From: Gammaproteobacteria bacterium
Lineage (GTDB): Bacteria > Pseudomonadota > Gammaproteobacteria > Eutrophobiales > Eutrophobiaceae
Length of the DNA: 64,000 bases
Reading direction: 5' to 3'
NCBI GenBank assembly: GCA_965116495.1
Contig: OZ220696.1
Span: forward strand, 256,001-320,000
Shown here: one piece after another, positions 9,097 through 19,097 of the stretch
How the letters are laid out: each line of letters starts with the position of its first letter
Numbering within the stretch: position 1 is the first letter of the stretch
The notes under the pieces: generated by a model
What the model was told of the DNA's origin: nothing
The model's input: only the letters and a program-made list of their open reading frames with translations
Database searches by the model: none
Program-made: the position numbers and the translations under genes

Positions 9097-10206
9097 TCAT
9101 TCCGTCCTTACGCTTTCCAGTCTTTGTTCTACAGGTATGTACTCCACGTCAATGCCAAAGCACCCTGGACCGATAACTTTCAGGGCCTGTTCGGTACGCA
9201 GGATTTCCGGAGCAAGAATACCCATAATGGTGACGCGTTGTCCGTAACGCAGCGTTTCCTGGGTGATTGGCTGCACCGTGTCATTGTCCAGCATACAGAT
9301 CAGGTCGGGCACCGTGGCCAGCATATGGGTTCCCAGTCTCGCGGTCAGGAATTCATTCTGAATGTCCATGGTCATTGTCTCTCCATCATCACCGAACTCC
9401 TGCAGGGTGACAATTCCGACGTCATAGCCGCCTTTTACCTGGCGATCAACATCGATTACCTTGCCCTCAAACAAGACATTCGCTTTACCGTAATGGGCGG
9501 CCTGCAAAATTGCATCCAGTTCCTGCCTGAAATTTCTCATGTTGCCATGGTTTTCCCGCAGACAACGACCCAGGCGTAAACTCAGGCTGATCGTATCCGG
9601 GACAGAGACCTGTTTTACCGTACTACCGTCTATAATGTGTTCCGCGCTGTAACAGGTTCCTCCTCCACCCAGGATGGTGAACTGCCGGATCAGTTTTTCA
9701 GCCGTTGCCGCGTCAGTCATGTTCATGATGGCACTGTTGCCTTCATTACCCACCAGTGTAAGAGGTGTCGCGGAGACGCCGTAGATACTGAATGTCTCCA
9801 TTTGCATTTCGGGAAAGGCGCGACCCATGCCATCCGCATCCAGTACCGGTATCTTCAGTTGCGAAGCAGTCATTACCGGGATCAGTGAATTAAAACCGCC
9901 TGCTTCAAATGCGATCAATGCATCTGCTTTGCGGCCGACGTATTCCTCGAGCAAACGTAGCGCGGCTATCACTTCCGTTCCATTTGATACCTTTTCATTC
10001 ATGATGGAAGGGGCGCCGACCCCTCCCACGGCGATGACCATCGCATTATCGCTTATTGCATGGAGTGGAATTAAATCCACATCCCCGTGTTCACGTAATA
10101 CCCGTTCCGTCACCATGCGGCCGACCATGACATCACCTCCACCCCCACAGGCGAGAAAGGCGCCGCCCAGTGCAATATCAGCAACGTCATTCCAGGTGAT
10201 TTTCAT
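9097..10206 (-). CDS. DUF917 family protein (thiohydantoin desulfurase-like)
   Basis: GGAFLACGGGG, FEAGGFNS, DADGMGRAFPE, QNE, VPDLI, LRYGQRV. Confidence 0.9.
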   Translation of the reverse strand: MKITWNDVADIALGGAFLACGGGGDVMVGRMVTERVLREHGDVDLIPLHAISDNAMVIAVGGVGAPSIMNEKVSNGTEVIAALRLLEEYVGRKADALIAFEAGGFNSLIPVMTASQLKIPVLDADGMGRAFPEMQMETFSIYGVSATPLTLVGNEGNSAIMNMTDAATAEKLIRQFTILGGGGTCYSAEHIIDGSTVKQVSVPDTISLSLRLGRCLRENHGNMRNFRQELDAILQAAHYGKANVLFEGKVIDVDRQVKGGYDVGIVTLQEFGDDGETMTMDIQNEFLTARLGTHMLATVPDLICMLDNDTVQPITQETLRYGQRVTIMGILAPEILRTEQALKVIGPGCFGIDVEYIPVEQRLESVRTE

Positions 10207-11744
10207 ATTTTCATCTCGCCCACGGCCTTTACCCGTAACCTGACAATGGGATCTTCGAGATAGCTGATGGGTATTTCATCCACTTCAGTGATCTCAATGG
10301 TTGCTTCCTCCGCGCCGGCCGCTATTGTCCGTTCAATAGCTTGTCTGCGAACTTCATCGTGGGCTGAACTGCGTCCCTGGTCACCCCGGGAATATACTAT
10401 CTCGGCTTCAGCGCCAATTTTGCCTATGGCGGCGCCGACCGCGTTGGCTACATCTGCATACTCAGGCCGGACCACTTCCGTTATTCCGGGAAGATCGTCA
10501 GGGATAAGAAAACTGCCGCCCCCCACGGCGATCAACGGGAGAGGATCCGGGCTGGTCTTCATCCGGTCAACTACGCTCGTATACATCTCGAACATGGTAG
10601 CCATGGCCGTATCTATCACGGTTGTGTCAATGTCTGTCAACAGGTCTGCCCGGCCAATGCCGATTTGTCCGGCGGCGCAGGCAATATCCGTGGCAGTCAG
10701 TATCTCACCGGCAAAGCATTTCGCTTTTTTTGTCAACTCGTGGCCTACAGACAACGGCCCCAGTTTGTTCCCCTGTTGTTCGACGCGACTCCCCCCGCCC
10801 AGGCCGATAGCCAGGACATCCGGCATGCGAAAATTGGTCAATACACCGCCTATTTCCACCTCGATACCGGAGCGGCGGGGGAAGCCGTTCATCAGCATGC
10901 CTACATCACTGGTAGTTCCCCCTACGTCTATGACCATGGCATCTGCAAGTCCGGTAAGGTGTGCAGCACCTCGCATGGAATTGGTCGGACCGGAAGAAAT
11001 CGTGAGTACCGGATAGCGCGTGGCAAAGTCCGCTTCCATCAAGGTGCCGTCGTTCTGGCTGATAAACAGTTTTGCAGACAGCCCCAGTTCACCGAAAGCT
11101 GAGCGAAATGCCTGTATGGTGCTTGCTGCCAGCGGCATCAATGCCGCGTTGAGCAAGGTGGCATTTTCTCTTTGATAAATACCTATGCCACCCAGTTCAC
11201 TGGAAAGGGAAACGTAATGCGTCAACTGTCTTTTTGTGGCCTGTTGCCCTATCCAGAGTTCGGTTTCCGGGTTGACGGACGAGAACATGCCGCATACGGA
11301 CAATGAATCCGGTCCGGTCCGGACTATTTCTTCACAGGCCGTGTTGAATGCGTCCTCATCGAAAGTGGTAATTGGCTTACCGTCGAATTCATGACCGCCA
11401 TTTATCATGGCGGCGTGTCCCTTGACTGCCTCTTCCAGGTCGGGCGGCCAATCATAAAACGGAGGCAGGGCCGAGGTTGACTGCGCGCCTACCCGCAGCG
11501 CTGCCACCCTGGCCAGGCCGCGGCGTTGTACAACGGCATTGGTAAATTGCGTTGTGCCAATCATGACGGCTGCAATAGAAGAACCCGGTACCCGGGCATC
11601 AGAAAGAACTGTCTTTGCAGCCGCGACAATACCACTTGCTATATCAGTGCTGGTCGATGCTTTAAATGTAGCGATAATATCCTTGCCATCCATGATAACC
11701 GCGTCGGTATGGGTGCTGCCGACGTCAATTCCTATTCGCCGCAT
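10203..11744 (-). CDS. Hydantoinase/oxoprolinase family protein (HyuA-like)
   Basis: True start likely MRRIGIDVGSTHTD (11744); the track's upstream extension reads into a MITE. Motifs SGPTNSMRGA, DVGGTTSD, GLGGGS, ANAVGAA. Confidence 0.9.
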   Translation of the reverse strand: MRRIGIDVGSTHTDAVIMDGKDIIATFKASTSTDIASGIVAAAKTVLSDARVPGSSIAAVMIGTTQFTNAVVQRRGLARVAALRVGAQSTSALPPFYDWPPDLEEAVKGHAAMINGGHEFDGKPITTFDEDAFNTACEEIVRTGPDSLSVCGMFSSVNPETELWIGQQATKRQLTHYVSLSSELGGIGIYQRENATLLNAALMPLAASTIQAFRSAFGELGLSAKLFISQNDGTLMEADFATRYPVLTISSGPTNSMRGAAHLTGLADAMVIDVGGTTSDVGMLMNGFPRRSGIEVEIGGVLTNFRMPDVLAIGLGGGSRVEQQGNKLGPLSVGHELTKKAKCFAGEILTATDIACAAGQIGIGRADLLTDIDTTVIDTAMATMFEMYTSVVDRMKTSPDPLPLIAVGGGSFLIPDDLPGITEVVRPEYADVANAVGAAIGKIGAEAEIVYSRGDQGRSSAHDEVRRQAIERTIAAGAEEATIEITEVDEIPISYLEDPIVRLRVKAVGEMKI

Positions 11745-11756
11745 CGGATAATGGTA

Positions 11757-12013
11757 CTCTTTCAACTTAATATTGACATGTTCAGCGGGTCGGGAAGCGG
11801 TTGAGCGCCAGGCACGCCGCGCAGGTAATGGCGCGCCCTTGCCAAGCGGCGTAACGCCGCGGGCGACCGCTTCCCGGCCCGCCCGCAGGGAGCCACACAG
11901 CGGCGCCAATACGGCGTTGCAGCCCTTGACAAGGGCGCGCCATTCTCTGCGGGCTGCGCCTTGTCTTGACGCCGCTGTGTGGCTCTGAACATGTCAATAT
12001 TAAGTTGAAAGAG
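11757..12013. mobile_element. MITE-like non-autonomous element with 29-bp perfect terminal inverted repeats
   Basis: CTCTTTCAACTTAATATTGACATGTTCAG (11757-11785) and its exact reverse complement (11985-12013). Interior has a further imperfect inverted pair and no transposase. Confidence 0.85.
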
Positions 12014-12042
12014 CACTAGTCCTGTCAAGCAATGGTCGCCGG

Positions 12043-13269
12043 TTAGTTCGGGCGTTTGTAGAACTTGCCCGATTTCATGATGTGGGTAATCGTGGCATCC
12101 GGTTGTTGCAGGATCGAAATGTTGCGCAACGGATTACCGTCCACGATTAATATATCAGCCAAGGCGCCGGGTTTAATACAACCCAGCCTGGCATCCATAT
12201 TCAGCAGTTCAGCATTGATTTTCGTCGCAGACCGTAATATTTCAAACGGTGACAGTACCTCGGCGCGAATCTCAAATTCACGGGACTGCATATCATGTAA
12301 AGGGCCGAACAAGTCTGTCCCAAACCCGGTACTGGTTCCTGCTTCTTTTAAATTTTCCAGGCTTTTAAGCCCCGCCTGGTGAACCACCGAGACTTTTTTC
12401 GAACTGTATTCAGGCAAGCCTATTTCTTTCCCGCGGTCTATCATCGCCTGGTAGGTTACCAGGGTAGGATTAACGAAGGCGTTGGATCGTGTGGCAAGTA
12501 ACGCTGTTTCCAATTCAATGAAATTGGCGTGTTCTATGGAACGAACACCGCATTCCAGCGACCTGCGGATTGCTTCATCGCTGTATGCGTGAGCGAGGAC
12601 GTAAGTTCCACGGTGTTCAGCTTCTTCAACGGCAGCGCGTATTTCATCTTCTGAATATTGCAGGCCCAGGAGAGGGTCGCTTGGGGAGGTAACCCCGCCG
12701 GAAGCCATGATTTTAATTGCATGGGCGCCTTTGCGTAATTCCTCCCGAGCCGCTTTTCTTACCGCCGACACACCATCGGCTACAATGGTCATGCCGGCCC
12801 CGCTACATGAGCAGGCAACAGCATTATTGCCCGGCTCCCTGAAGTCGCCGTGCCCGCCGGTTTGGCTGAGACCGCGACCGCAATGAAACAACCTTGGGCC
12901 GATAATCAAATCTTCCTCCACCGCTCTTGACAGCCCGCTATCGGCGCCGGCGGCATCACGGATGGAAGTAAAACCCCGAAACAACATTTCCCGCATCAGT
13001 CTCGCAGCTTTCAACGCTACCCATGACGGCGGCAGTTCCTGAAGCCGGGCAGGGGAGACGTCGTGGTCGGTTACGTGGACGTGGGCGTCGATCAATCCCG
13101 GCATAAGCGTCTTGCCTTTTACATCGACTATTTCTGCCGAAGCAGACCGGAGCGGCCGATCCGACACCTCACGGATGTCCGTTCCTTCAACAAGGACATG
13201 ATAACCCTGCTTGACTTCGTCCACTTCTCCGTCAAACAGGTTTGCGTTGGTAAACAGTGTTGGGACCAT
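12043..13269 (-). CDS. Metal-dependent amidohydrolase (Xaa-Pro dipeptidase / ochratoxinase-like subgroup)
   Basis: PGLIDAHVH, TGGHGD, IKIMASGG, LAHA, SIEHA, FGTD. Confidence 0.9.
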   Translation of the reverse strand: MVPTLFTNANLFDGEVDEVKQGYHVLVEGTDIREVSDRPLRSASAEIVDVKGKTLMPGLIDAHVHVTDHDVSPARLQELPPSWVALKAARLMREMLFRGFTSIRDAAGADSGLSRAVEEDLIIGPRLFHCGRGLSQTGGHGDFREPGNNAVACSCSGAGMTIVADGVSAVRKAAREELRKGAHAIKIMASGGVTSPSDPLLGLQYSEDEIRAAVEEAEHRGTYVLAHAYSDEAIRRSLECGVRSIEHANFIELETALLATRSNAFVNPTLVTYQAMIDRGKEIGLPEYSSKKVSVVHQAGLKSLENLKEAGTSTGFGTDLFGPLHDMQSREFEIRAEVLSPFEILRSATKINAELLNMDARLGCIKPGALADILIVDGNPLRNISILQQPDATITHIMKSGKFYKRPN

Positions 13270-13368
13270 TTGTTATTTACATCCGGATGCAATAATATAA
13301 TTATACAACGATTGGCCAGTATCTTATTTATCCTTTTGTCCATCAAGGTAGTTAGGGGGGATTAAACA

Positions 13369-15762
13369 ATGAAAACGTTCATTCGCAAACCGCTTGTTAT
13401 TGCTGTAGGTCTTGCAATACAGTCGATTTCTGTCCAGGCGCAGGAGGAAGCTTCGGGTGCGGTTCTGGAAGAGATACTCGTCACCGCCAATCGCCGGTCA
13501 GAATCAGCACTGGATGTTCCCTATAACGTCACTGCATTATCCGCCGACCAGCTTGAAGCAGCGGGCGTCAGTGACATTTCCGGGATGCTTCGCATGGTGC
13601 CGGGTCTCAGTTCATTCGATGAAGGACCACGGGTGTCGGGTAATCGGAACAATTTTAATATTCGCGGATTAAATGCCAACAACCTCGGCAATGAGGACGA
13701 TAACCCCCGTATCGGTCAGGCAACGGTTTCAACCTACGTGGGCGAGACGCCGGTATTTTTTCCATTAAAACTCGTTGATCTCGATCGAGTAGAGGTATTA
13801 CGAGGACCGCAGGGCACACTCTATGGCTCAGGTTCGGTTGGTGGCACGGTCAGATTTATTCCTAATAAACCGGAGTTTGACGGGTTCACGCTGGATGTGA
13901 ATGCAGAAGCTTCCCTGACCAAGAAATCCGACGATGTCGGCTACGAGGGAAATTTCACCGTCAACGTACCGCTCAGCGAAGCATTCGCAGTGCGGGCTAC
14001 CGCCGGTTATGAAGAGATTCCCGGTTTCATCGATGCGCTCGGCCTGGTACAGCAGACGGGTACGCCGGAAGATCCTGGAGCAGTGGTGCTGGCTGACCCC
14101 GGAGATATTCTCGGCAGCCTGCCTGCATATGGTCCCGAAAAGGAAGACGTCAACGATGCAGAAGTTACTTTTGCCCGTGTCAGTCTGCGTTTCCTTCCCA
14201 GCGATCGGTTGGATGTGAATGTGAATTACCATTATCAACAGACCAAAGTAGGCAGTCGCTACGAAGATAACCCGGAATATGGAACCGGTGAAGAGTACGT
14301 TATGTACAAGGCATTTACCGACCCGCATGATGCATCCATACAACTGGGTAATATTGATATGGAGTTCGACCTCGGATTTGCCAGGTTGACGTCGGCGTCT
14401 GCGTATTCCGAGATTAATATAGACAGCGTTTCTGAATCATCCGGATTTCTGAGAACCAATATTCCGCAGTATTACTTCGGTCTGCCCCGTATTATTTCGC
14501 CGATTATCCGCGGTCAAAACTCGCAGACATTTACCCAGGAAATCCGCTTGGTATCAGAGGCTGGAGGAAGGTTTGAATGGGTAGCAGGCGGGTTTTACCT
14601 GGAGAACGACCTGGATTTCGACTTGTTTCAACCCCTGTTTGGCGTAAATGATTACGCCAATGCGTATTTTGGTTTGAATCCCCCTTTGAATTTTACCGAC
14701 ACATTGGCAACGGGTGGCACCGAACAGGAATTCAGGGATATGGCCGTGTTTGGCGAATTGACCGTGAATATCACCGATCGCTGGCAGGTCACCGGTGGAA
14801 TCCGTATCTTCGATCAGGAACTGGATGGAACTTCGGGCATCCCGCTGCCGTTTGCATCCCGGACATTTGAATTTTTCTATTACGGTAGTGCAACGGATGA
14901 TTTTCTGCTCGGTGGTATCAACCCGACGGAAAACGAGGTGTCGGATGAAATATTCAAGGTGAATACCTCTTACGAAGTGACTGATGACATGTTGGCCTTT
15001 TTTACCTGGTCCCAGGGCTTTCGGGCTGGCGGCGCCAACCAGTTGCCAGAGATAGATCCGTTTGGTAACGACTATTCCGATATTCTCCGGTTTCAATCAG
15101 ATGATGCGGAGAACTACGAAATCGGAATCAAGGGTACCTGGAACGCGCAGGTCAATTACACGGCCACGGCATTCTGGGTGGACTGGACGAATTTTCAATC
15201 AACCCTGTTTTCACCATTCGGCATCGCCTTTGTGGACAACATAGGCGGCGCTCGGTCCCGCGGCCTGGAACTGGAATTGAATGGCTACCTGACCGACCAA
15301 CTTGGATTCGGGCTCAGCTATACCTATATAGATGCAGAGACCACCGATCCGTTCGAGCAGCAGTCAGGCAATCCTGCGACCACGGTTCCGGATGGTACGA
15401 CATTGCCGGGTTCATCGGAGAGCACGTTTTTCGGCCATCTCCAGTACGAATATCCCCTGGCGACATCAAAACTCGTCTTTTATACGGATTTGGCTTACCG
15501 CAGTGACACCAACAGCGCCTTTATCGATCAACCGTTGCTTGCATCTGAAAATTTTGTACCGCTGGATGGTTTCGCGGTCTGGAATCTTTCCGTTACCTGG
15601 GCCAGGGATAATTACAGTATTACCGCATTCGGGGAAAATGTTTCAAACACCCGTGCAACCTCGGTTGTGTCATCACCGGATTCCTTTGGTGAGCAGGATC
15701 AGGGATATGGAGTGATCAAACCCCAGACCTTCGGATTACGCTTCAAATGGTCTTATCAGTGA
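13369..15762 (+). CDS. TonB-dependent receptor
   Basis: Signal peptide, LEEILVTA TonB-box region, RVEVLRGPQGTLYG plug motif, aromatic C-terminal strand. Confidence 0.95.
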   Translation: MKTFIRKPLVIAVGLAIQSISVQAQEEASGAVLEEILVTANRRSESALDVPYNVTALSADQLEAAGVSDISGMLRMVPGLSSFDEGPRVSGNRNNFNIRGLNANNLGNEDDNPRIGQATVSTYVGETPVFFPLKLVDLDRVEVLRGPQGTLYGSGSVGGTVRFIPNKPEFDGFTLDVNAEASLTKKSDDVGYEGNFTVNVPLSEAFAVRATAGYEEIPGFIDALGLVQQTGTPEDPGAVVLADPGDILGSLPAYGPEKEDVNDAEVTFARVSLRFLPSDRLDVNVNYHYQQTKVGSRYEDNPEYGTGEEYVMYKAFTDPHDASIQLGNIDMEFDLGFARLTSASAYSEINIDSVSESSGFLRTNIPQYYFGLPRIISPIIRGQNSQTFTQEIRLVSEAGGRFEWVAGGFYLENDLDFDLFQPLFGVNDYANAYFGLNPPLNFTDTLATGGTEQEFRDMAVFGELTVNITDRWQVTGGIRIFDQELDGTSGIPLPFASRTFEFFYYGSATDDFLLGGINPTENEVSDEIFKVNTSYEVTDDMLAFFTWSQGFRAGGANQLPEIDPFGNDYSDILRFQSDDAENYEIGIKGTWNAQVNYTATAFWVDWTNFQSTLFSPFGIAFVDNIGGARSRGLELELNGYLTDQLGFGLSYTYIDAETTDPFEQQSGNPATTVPDGTTLPGSSESTFFGHLQYEYPLATSKLVFYTDLAYRSDTNSAFIDQPLLASENFVPLDGFAVWNLSVTWARDNYSITAFGENVSNTRATSVVSSPDSFGEQDQGYGVIKPQTFGLRFKWSYQ

Positions 15763-15811
15763 TGAGGGTTATATATCTCTGAACAAAAAACAACCAATCC
15801 GCGTTTGCGCA

Positions 15812-16483
15812 ATGATTGCCATACGCGCCGGATTGGAGTCATGGGGCGCGGTAACCCGGGAGCTTGTTGATGAAATTATAGCTCCCGATGTTGAAGTAAC
15901 CATTCGGGATCTGCCTGACGCCCCTGTCACTTCTATCATGAGCGCCTGTGATCATGACCTTGTCGCGCCGTATAATGTCCAGGCTGCAATTCAGGCAGAA
16001 CAGGAGGGTTTCGATGCCATTACCACGGGTTGTTTGCTTGACCCCGGCATTGAAGCCATGAAAGAAGCCGTGGACAGGCTCGTTGTCGTGGGGGATTGTG
16101 AAGCCGTAATGCATCTGGGCTCTCTGTTGGGACGCCGAATCTGCGTTTTACTTCCGAACAAAACAACCTCCGGTTTGATTACATTCAACGTATTTGAAGA
16201 TCTGGTGCGTAAATACGGATTCCAGGACAAGCTGGCCTCCATACGCGCTGTTCAATCCACCAGCCTGGATTTTGCAGCCGAACGGGACGACCTGCCGGGG
16301 AAAATGCTGGAACAGGCGCGACTTGCAATCAGGGAAGACAGGGCGGACGTGATCGTAGGTTACGGCAGTTTGACGGTTATTAATCATTTGCGTGCGCACC
16401 TCGCCGTGCCCGTCCTCGAATCAATACAATGTACATTATCCCTGGCGACTGAACTGGTTCGACATCGCGATTGGCAGGAATAA
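15812..16483 (+). CDS. Asp/Glu/hydantoin racemase family protein (paralogue 4, second Cys apparently absent)
   Basis: TGCLLDPG present; ADVIVGYGSL where the paralogues have xCT. Confidence 0.8.
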   Translation: MIAIRAGLESWGAVTRELVDEIIAPDVEVTIRDLPDAPVTSIMSACDHDLVAPYNVQAAIQAEQEGFDAITTGCLLDPGIEAMKEAVDRLVVVGDCEAVMHLGSLLGRRICVLLPNKTTSGLITFNVFEDLVRKYGFQDKLASIRAVQSTSLDFAAERDDLPGKMLEQARLAIREDRADVIVGYGSLTVINHLRAHLAVPVLESIQCTLSLATELVRHRDWQE

Positions 16484-18078
16484 TGGACAGCAGTGCCCGC
16501 GACTTGAATAACCAACTGGAGGCCGCATCGACGTTGATGCAACAGGGAAATCTACCTGCAGCAGAAGCAACAATCGCAAAACTCAAGACAACCCACGACT
16601 CCATTTCTGCCGTATGGGCATTGGCAAGTGAGATATCCTTACGCCAGGGCAAGACAGGTCATGCCTGGACGGAAATAAACCGTGCGGTGGGCCTTGACGC
16701 ACATAATGCCAGGCGGCACGTGCAGCGGGCGCGATGCGCTATTCTTGCCGGGTTTGTTTCAGAGGCGAAGCAGTCTGTTGAAGCCGCTACAATATCCGGG
16801 GTGACGGAAGTTGATGATCAGTTGATGCTGGCCTCTGTCCTGGTGCGTTGCGATGACCATGAGAGCGCACTTGCCTGGTACAAAAAAGCTGAGGTAATAC
16901 AGCCTGACCGAAATGAACTGCAACGCGGCATGGCTTCGGTTTACCGTTTTCTCGGCGATATACAAAAGGCTGAACAGGCTTGTGACAAGGCCCTGGCAAG
17001 CGAACCGCACGACTACGAAATGCTCAACCTTCGTTCGTCTTTGCGAAAGCACACAAAAGACAGTAATCATATACGGGAACTGAAAGAACTCCTGGGGATG
17101 GGAATCAGGAACTGGCGCGGGGCGGTACAGGTTGCCTATGCCGTATCCAAGGAACTTGAGGACATTGAAGAATACAATGAAGCATTTGAATACCTGGAAA
17201 AAGGTGCATCTTTAAGGCGCAGGAATCTGAAATATGACCTGAAAGATGACATTAAAATCTTTAATGCCATAATCAATGCTTTCACCGGAGAAGCCCTGCA
17301 GGCTGCTGCCGAACACGGTTACGCATCGGATGCGCCTGTCTTTATACTTGGTCTGCCGCGGACGGGATCAACGCTTGTCGAGCGTATTATTTCATCACAC
17401 AGCATGGTGATTTCAGCAGGTGAACTCAATGATTTTGCCCTGGAACTGTTGAAATTGACCGGTGCCGGCAACAAAGGCGGGCAACCTGCGCGATTGGATT
17501 TACCAAAGGCTTCACTAGAGGTCGATATGCACAGCCTTGGTCAAAATTATGTAAATGCTGTTAGGCCGCTGATCAAGGATACTCCCCGGTTTATTGATAA
17601 ACTCCCCCTGAACAGTCTTTATGTCGGGTTAATCTATCTCGCGTTGCCGCATGCCAAGGTGGTACATGTTAATCGCCATCCGGTGGATACCTGTTTTGCC
17701 ATATACAAATACCTGTTTAAAAATGCTTATCCGTTTTCGTACAATCTGGATGAACTGGGAGATTATTTTATCGGACATCACAGGTTGATGGAACACTGGC
17801 GGAAGATACTGCCGGACGGGTGGATGTATGACATCCTGTATGAAGATATCATCTCTAATCAGAAAGAGGCGACAGAGAACCTTCTTCATTATCTTGATTT
17901 GGAATGGGAAGACTCCTGTCTTGAATTTTATCTTAACGAGCAGGCATCCACGACGGGCAGTGCAAGCCAGGTACGAGAGCCATTGTACAAGTCGTCGGTG
18001 GGCAAATGGAGTTACTATGAAAAGCAGTTGCTGCCACTGGTTGATAAACTGAAAAACGCCGGTATCAACATCGATTGA
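16483..18078 (+). CDS. TPR-containing sulfotransferase
   Basis: Start likely ATG 16483 (TAATG coupling). N-terminal TPR-like helices; FILGLPRTGSTL PAPS loop, DKLPLN, RHPVD, SASQVR. Confidence 0.9.
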   Translation: MDSSARDLNNQLEAASTLMQQGNLPAAEATIAKLKTTHDSISAVWALASEISLRQGKTGHAWTEINRAVGLDAHNARRHVQRARCAILAGFVSEAKQSVEAATISGVTEVDDQLMLASVLVRCDDHESALAWYKKAEVIQPDRNELQRGMASVYRFLGDIQKAEQACDKALASEPHDYEMLNLRSSLRKHTKDSNHIRELKELLGMGIRNWRGAVQVAYAVSKELEDIEEYNEAFEYLEKGASLRRRNLKYDLKDDIKIFNAIINAFTGEALQAAAEHGYASDAPVFILGLPRTGSTLVERIISSHSMVISAGELNDFALELLKLTGAGNKGGQPARLDLPKASLEVDMHSLGQNYVNAVRPLIKDTPRFIDKLPLNSLYVGLIYLALPHAKVVHVNRHPVDTCFAIYKYLFKNAYPFSYNLDELGDYFIGHHRLMEHWRKILPDGWMYDILYEDIISNQKEATENLLHYLDLEWEDSCLEFYLNEQASTTGSASQVREPLYKSSVGKWSYYEKQLLPLVDKLKNAGINID

Positions 18079-18104
18079 TCAAAGCCTGAACGGGGAGAAC
18101 GCCT

Positions 18105-19094
18105 ATGCTTTACCGGATTCCAAAATGCCTCCTGTTTGTTACATCTATGGGTCTTTTTGGTCTTTATACCTGCCCTGTAATCTCAGGACCGGTCCGCGAC
18201 ATGGATATGACCTGGGTGGAAAAGTATGTCACATACACTCAGGACCATCACGGACAGTTGAATGCTACCGATTTTCATTTTCTGGCGGAGGTCATTTATG
18301 CGAAAAGATCAACGATCAAAAATGTAGACTCTTTCCTGTACGTTAAAGGGAGCGATACGCCTCTGGCAAGCTACACTGAAAAAGATCCGTACGCATTCAC
18401 AAACGGCCTGTTCTACACAAGAAAATCAAAGTCCTATGATGATCTGACGTCGCTTGAGGCTGCACATCCTGCCTCCACCCGGTATGTATGGGAAATACAT
18501 GGGCCCGGGGGGAATATTCAACTCGATCCGATACGGATTGGCGGACCGGAATTACGTACCCAAATCCCGGACATGAGTCCGATTTACCTGTCCCAGTCCG
18601 GTCAGCCGGTGACCGACTTTAATAATATAGATCCTGATATGTCACTGGGTATCGGTTGGGACCCGTTTACCATTGGCGCTCCCCTGGAAGGAACCAACTG
18701 GGATGACCTGGTATTTGTGCTGGTCAGTGACTGTCATGGCAAGGTCATATATACCAGCGGCGCACCGGAGGATGAGGACGGGTTTGCCGACTTCAGTGCA
18801 ACGTCAACGGAAATGCCGCCAGCGTTACTGGAACCCGGGATGGGCTACGTAGTGTTCATCTCCCAGGTCAATTATGTGGATGCGAATGTCAGTCATGGCA
18901 TTGAACAATTGGCGGCGAATTCATTCGCGGTGGAACTGGAGGTCAGGACTGCAGGCCAAATAGACCCGGCCCGAACCTGTCCGGAACCGGCGTACAAGGC
19001 CGCTTACCTGTGGTCCGGGAGAACACCTGCCGGGACCGGGATGGTCCCGTGGCCGGCCTTTCTGGACCCGTCGAATACAACACCAGAGGATTAA
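18105..19094 (+). CDS. Hypothetical, probably exported protein
   Basis: 329 aa, GGAG SD, hydrophobic N-terminus; no family recognised. Confidence 0.65.
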   Translation: MLYRIPKCLLFVTSMGLFGLYTCPVISGPVRDMDMTWVEKYVTYTQDHHGQLNATDFHFLAEVIYAKRSTIKNVDSFLYVKGSDTPLASYTEKDPYAFTNGLFYTRKSKSYDDLTSLEAAHPASTRYVWEIHGPGGNIQLDPIRIGGPELRTQIPDMSPIYLSQSGQPVTDFNNIDPDMSLGIGWDPFTIGAPLEGTNWDDLVFVLVSDCHGKVIYTSGAPEDEDGFADFSATSTEMPPALLEPGMGYVVFISQVNYVDANVSHGIEQLAANSFAVELEVRTAGQIDPARTCPEPAYKAAYLWSGRTPAGTGMVPWPAFLDPSNTTPED

Positions 19095-19097
19095 ACT

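Noticed and set aside
11745-12028. N-terminal extension of the hydantoinase and small ORFs at 11762-12028
   Set aside because: They fall inside the MITE; family similarity begins at MRRIGIDVG
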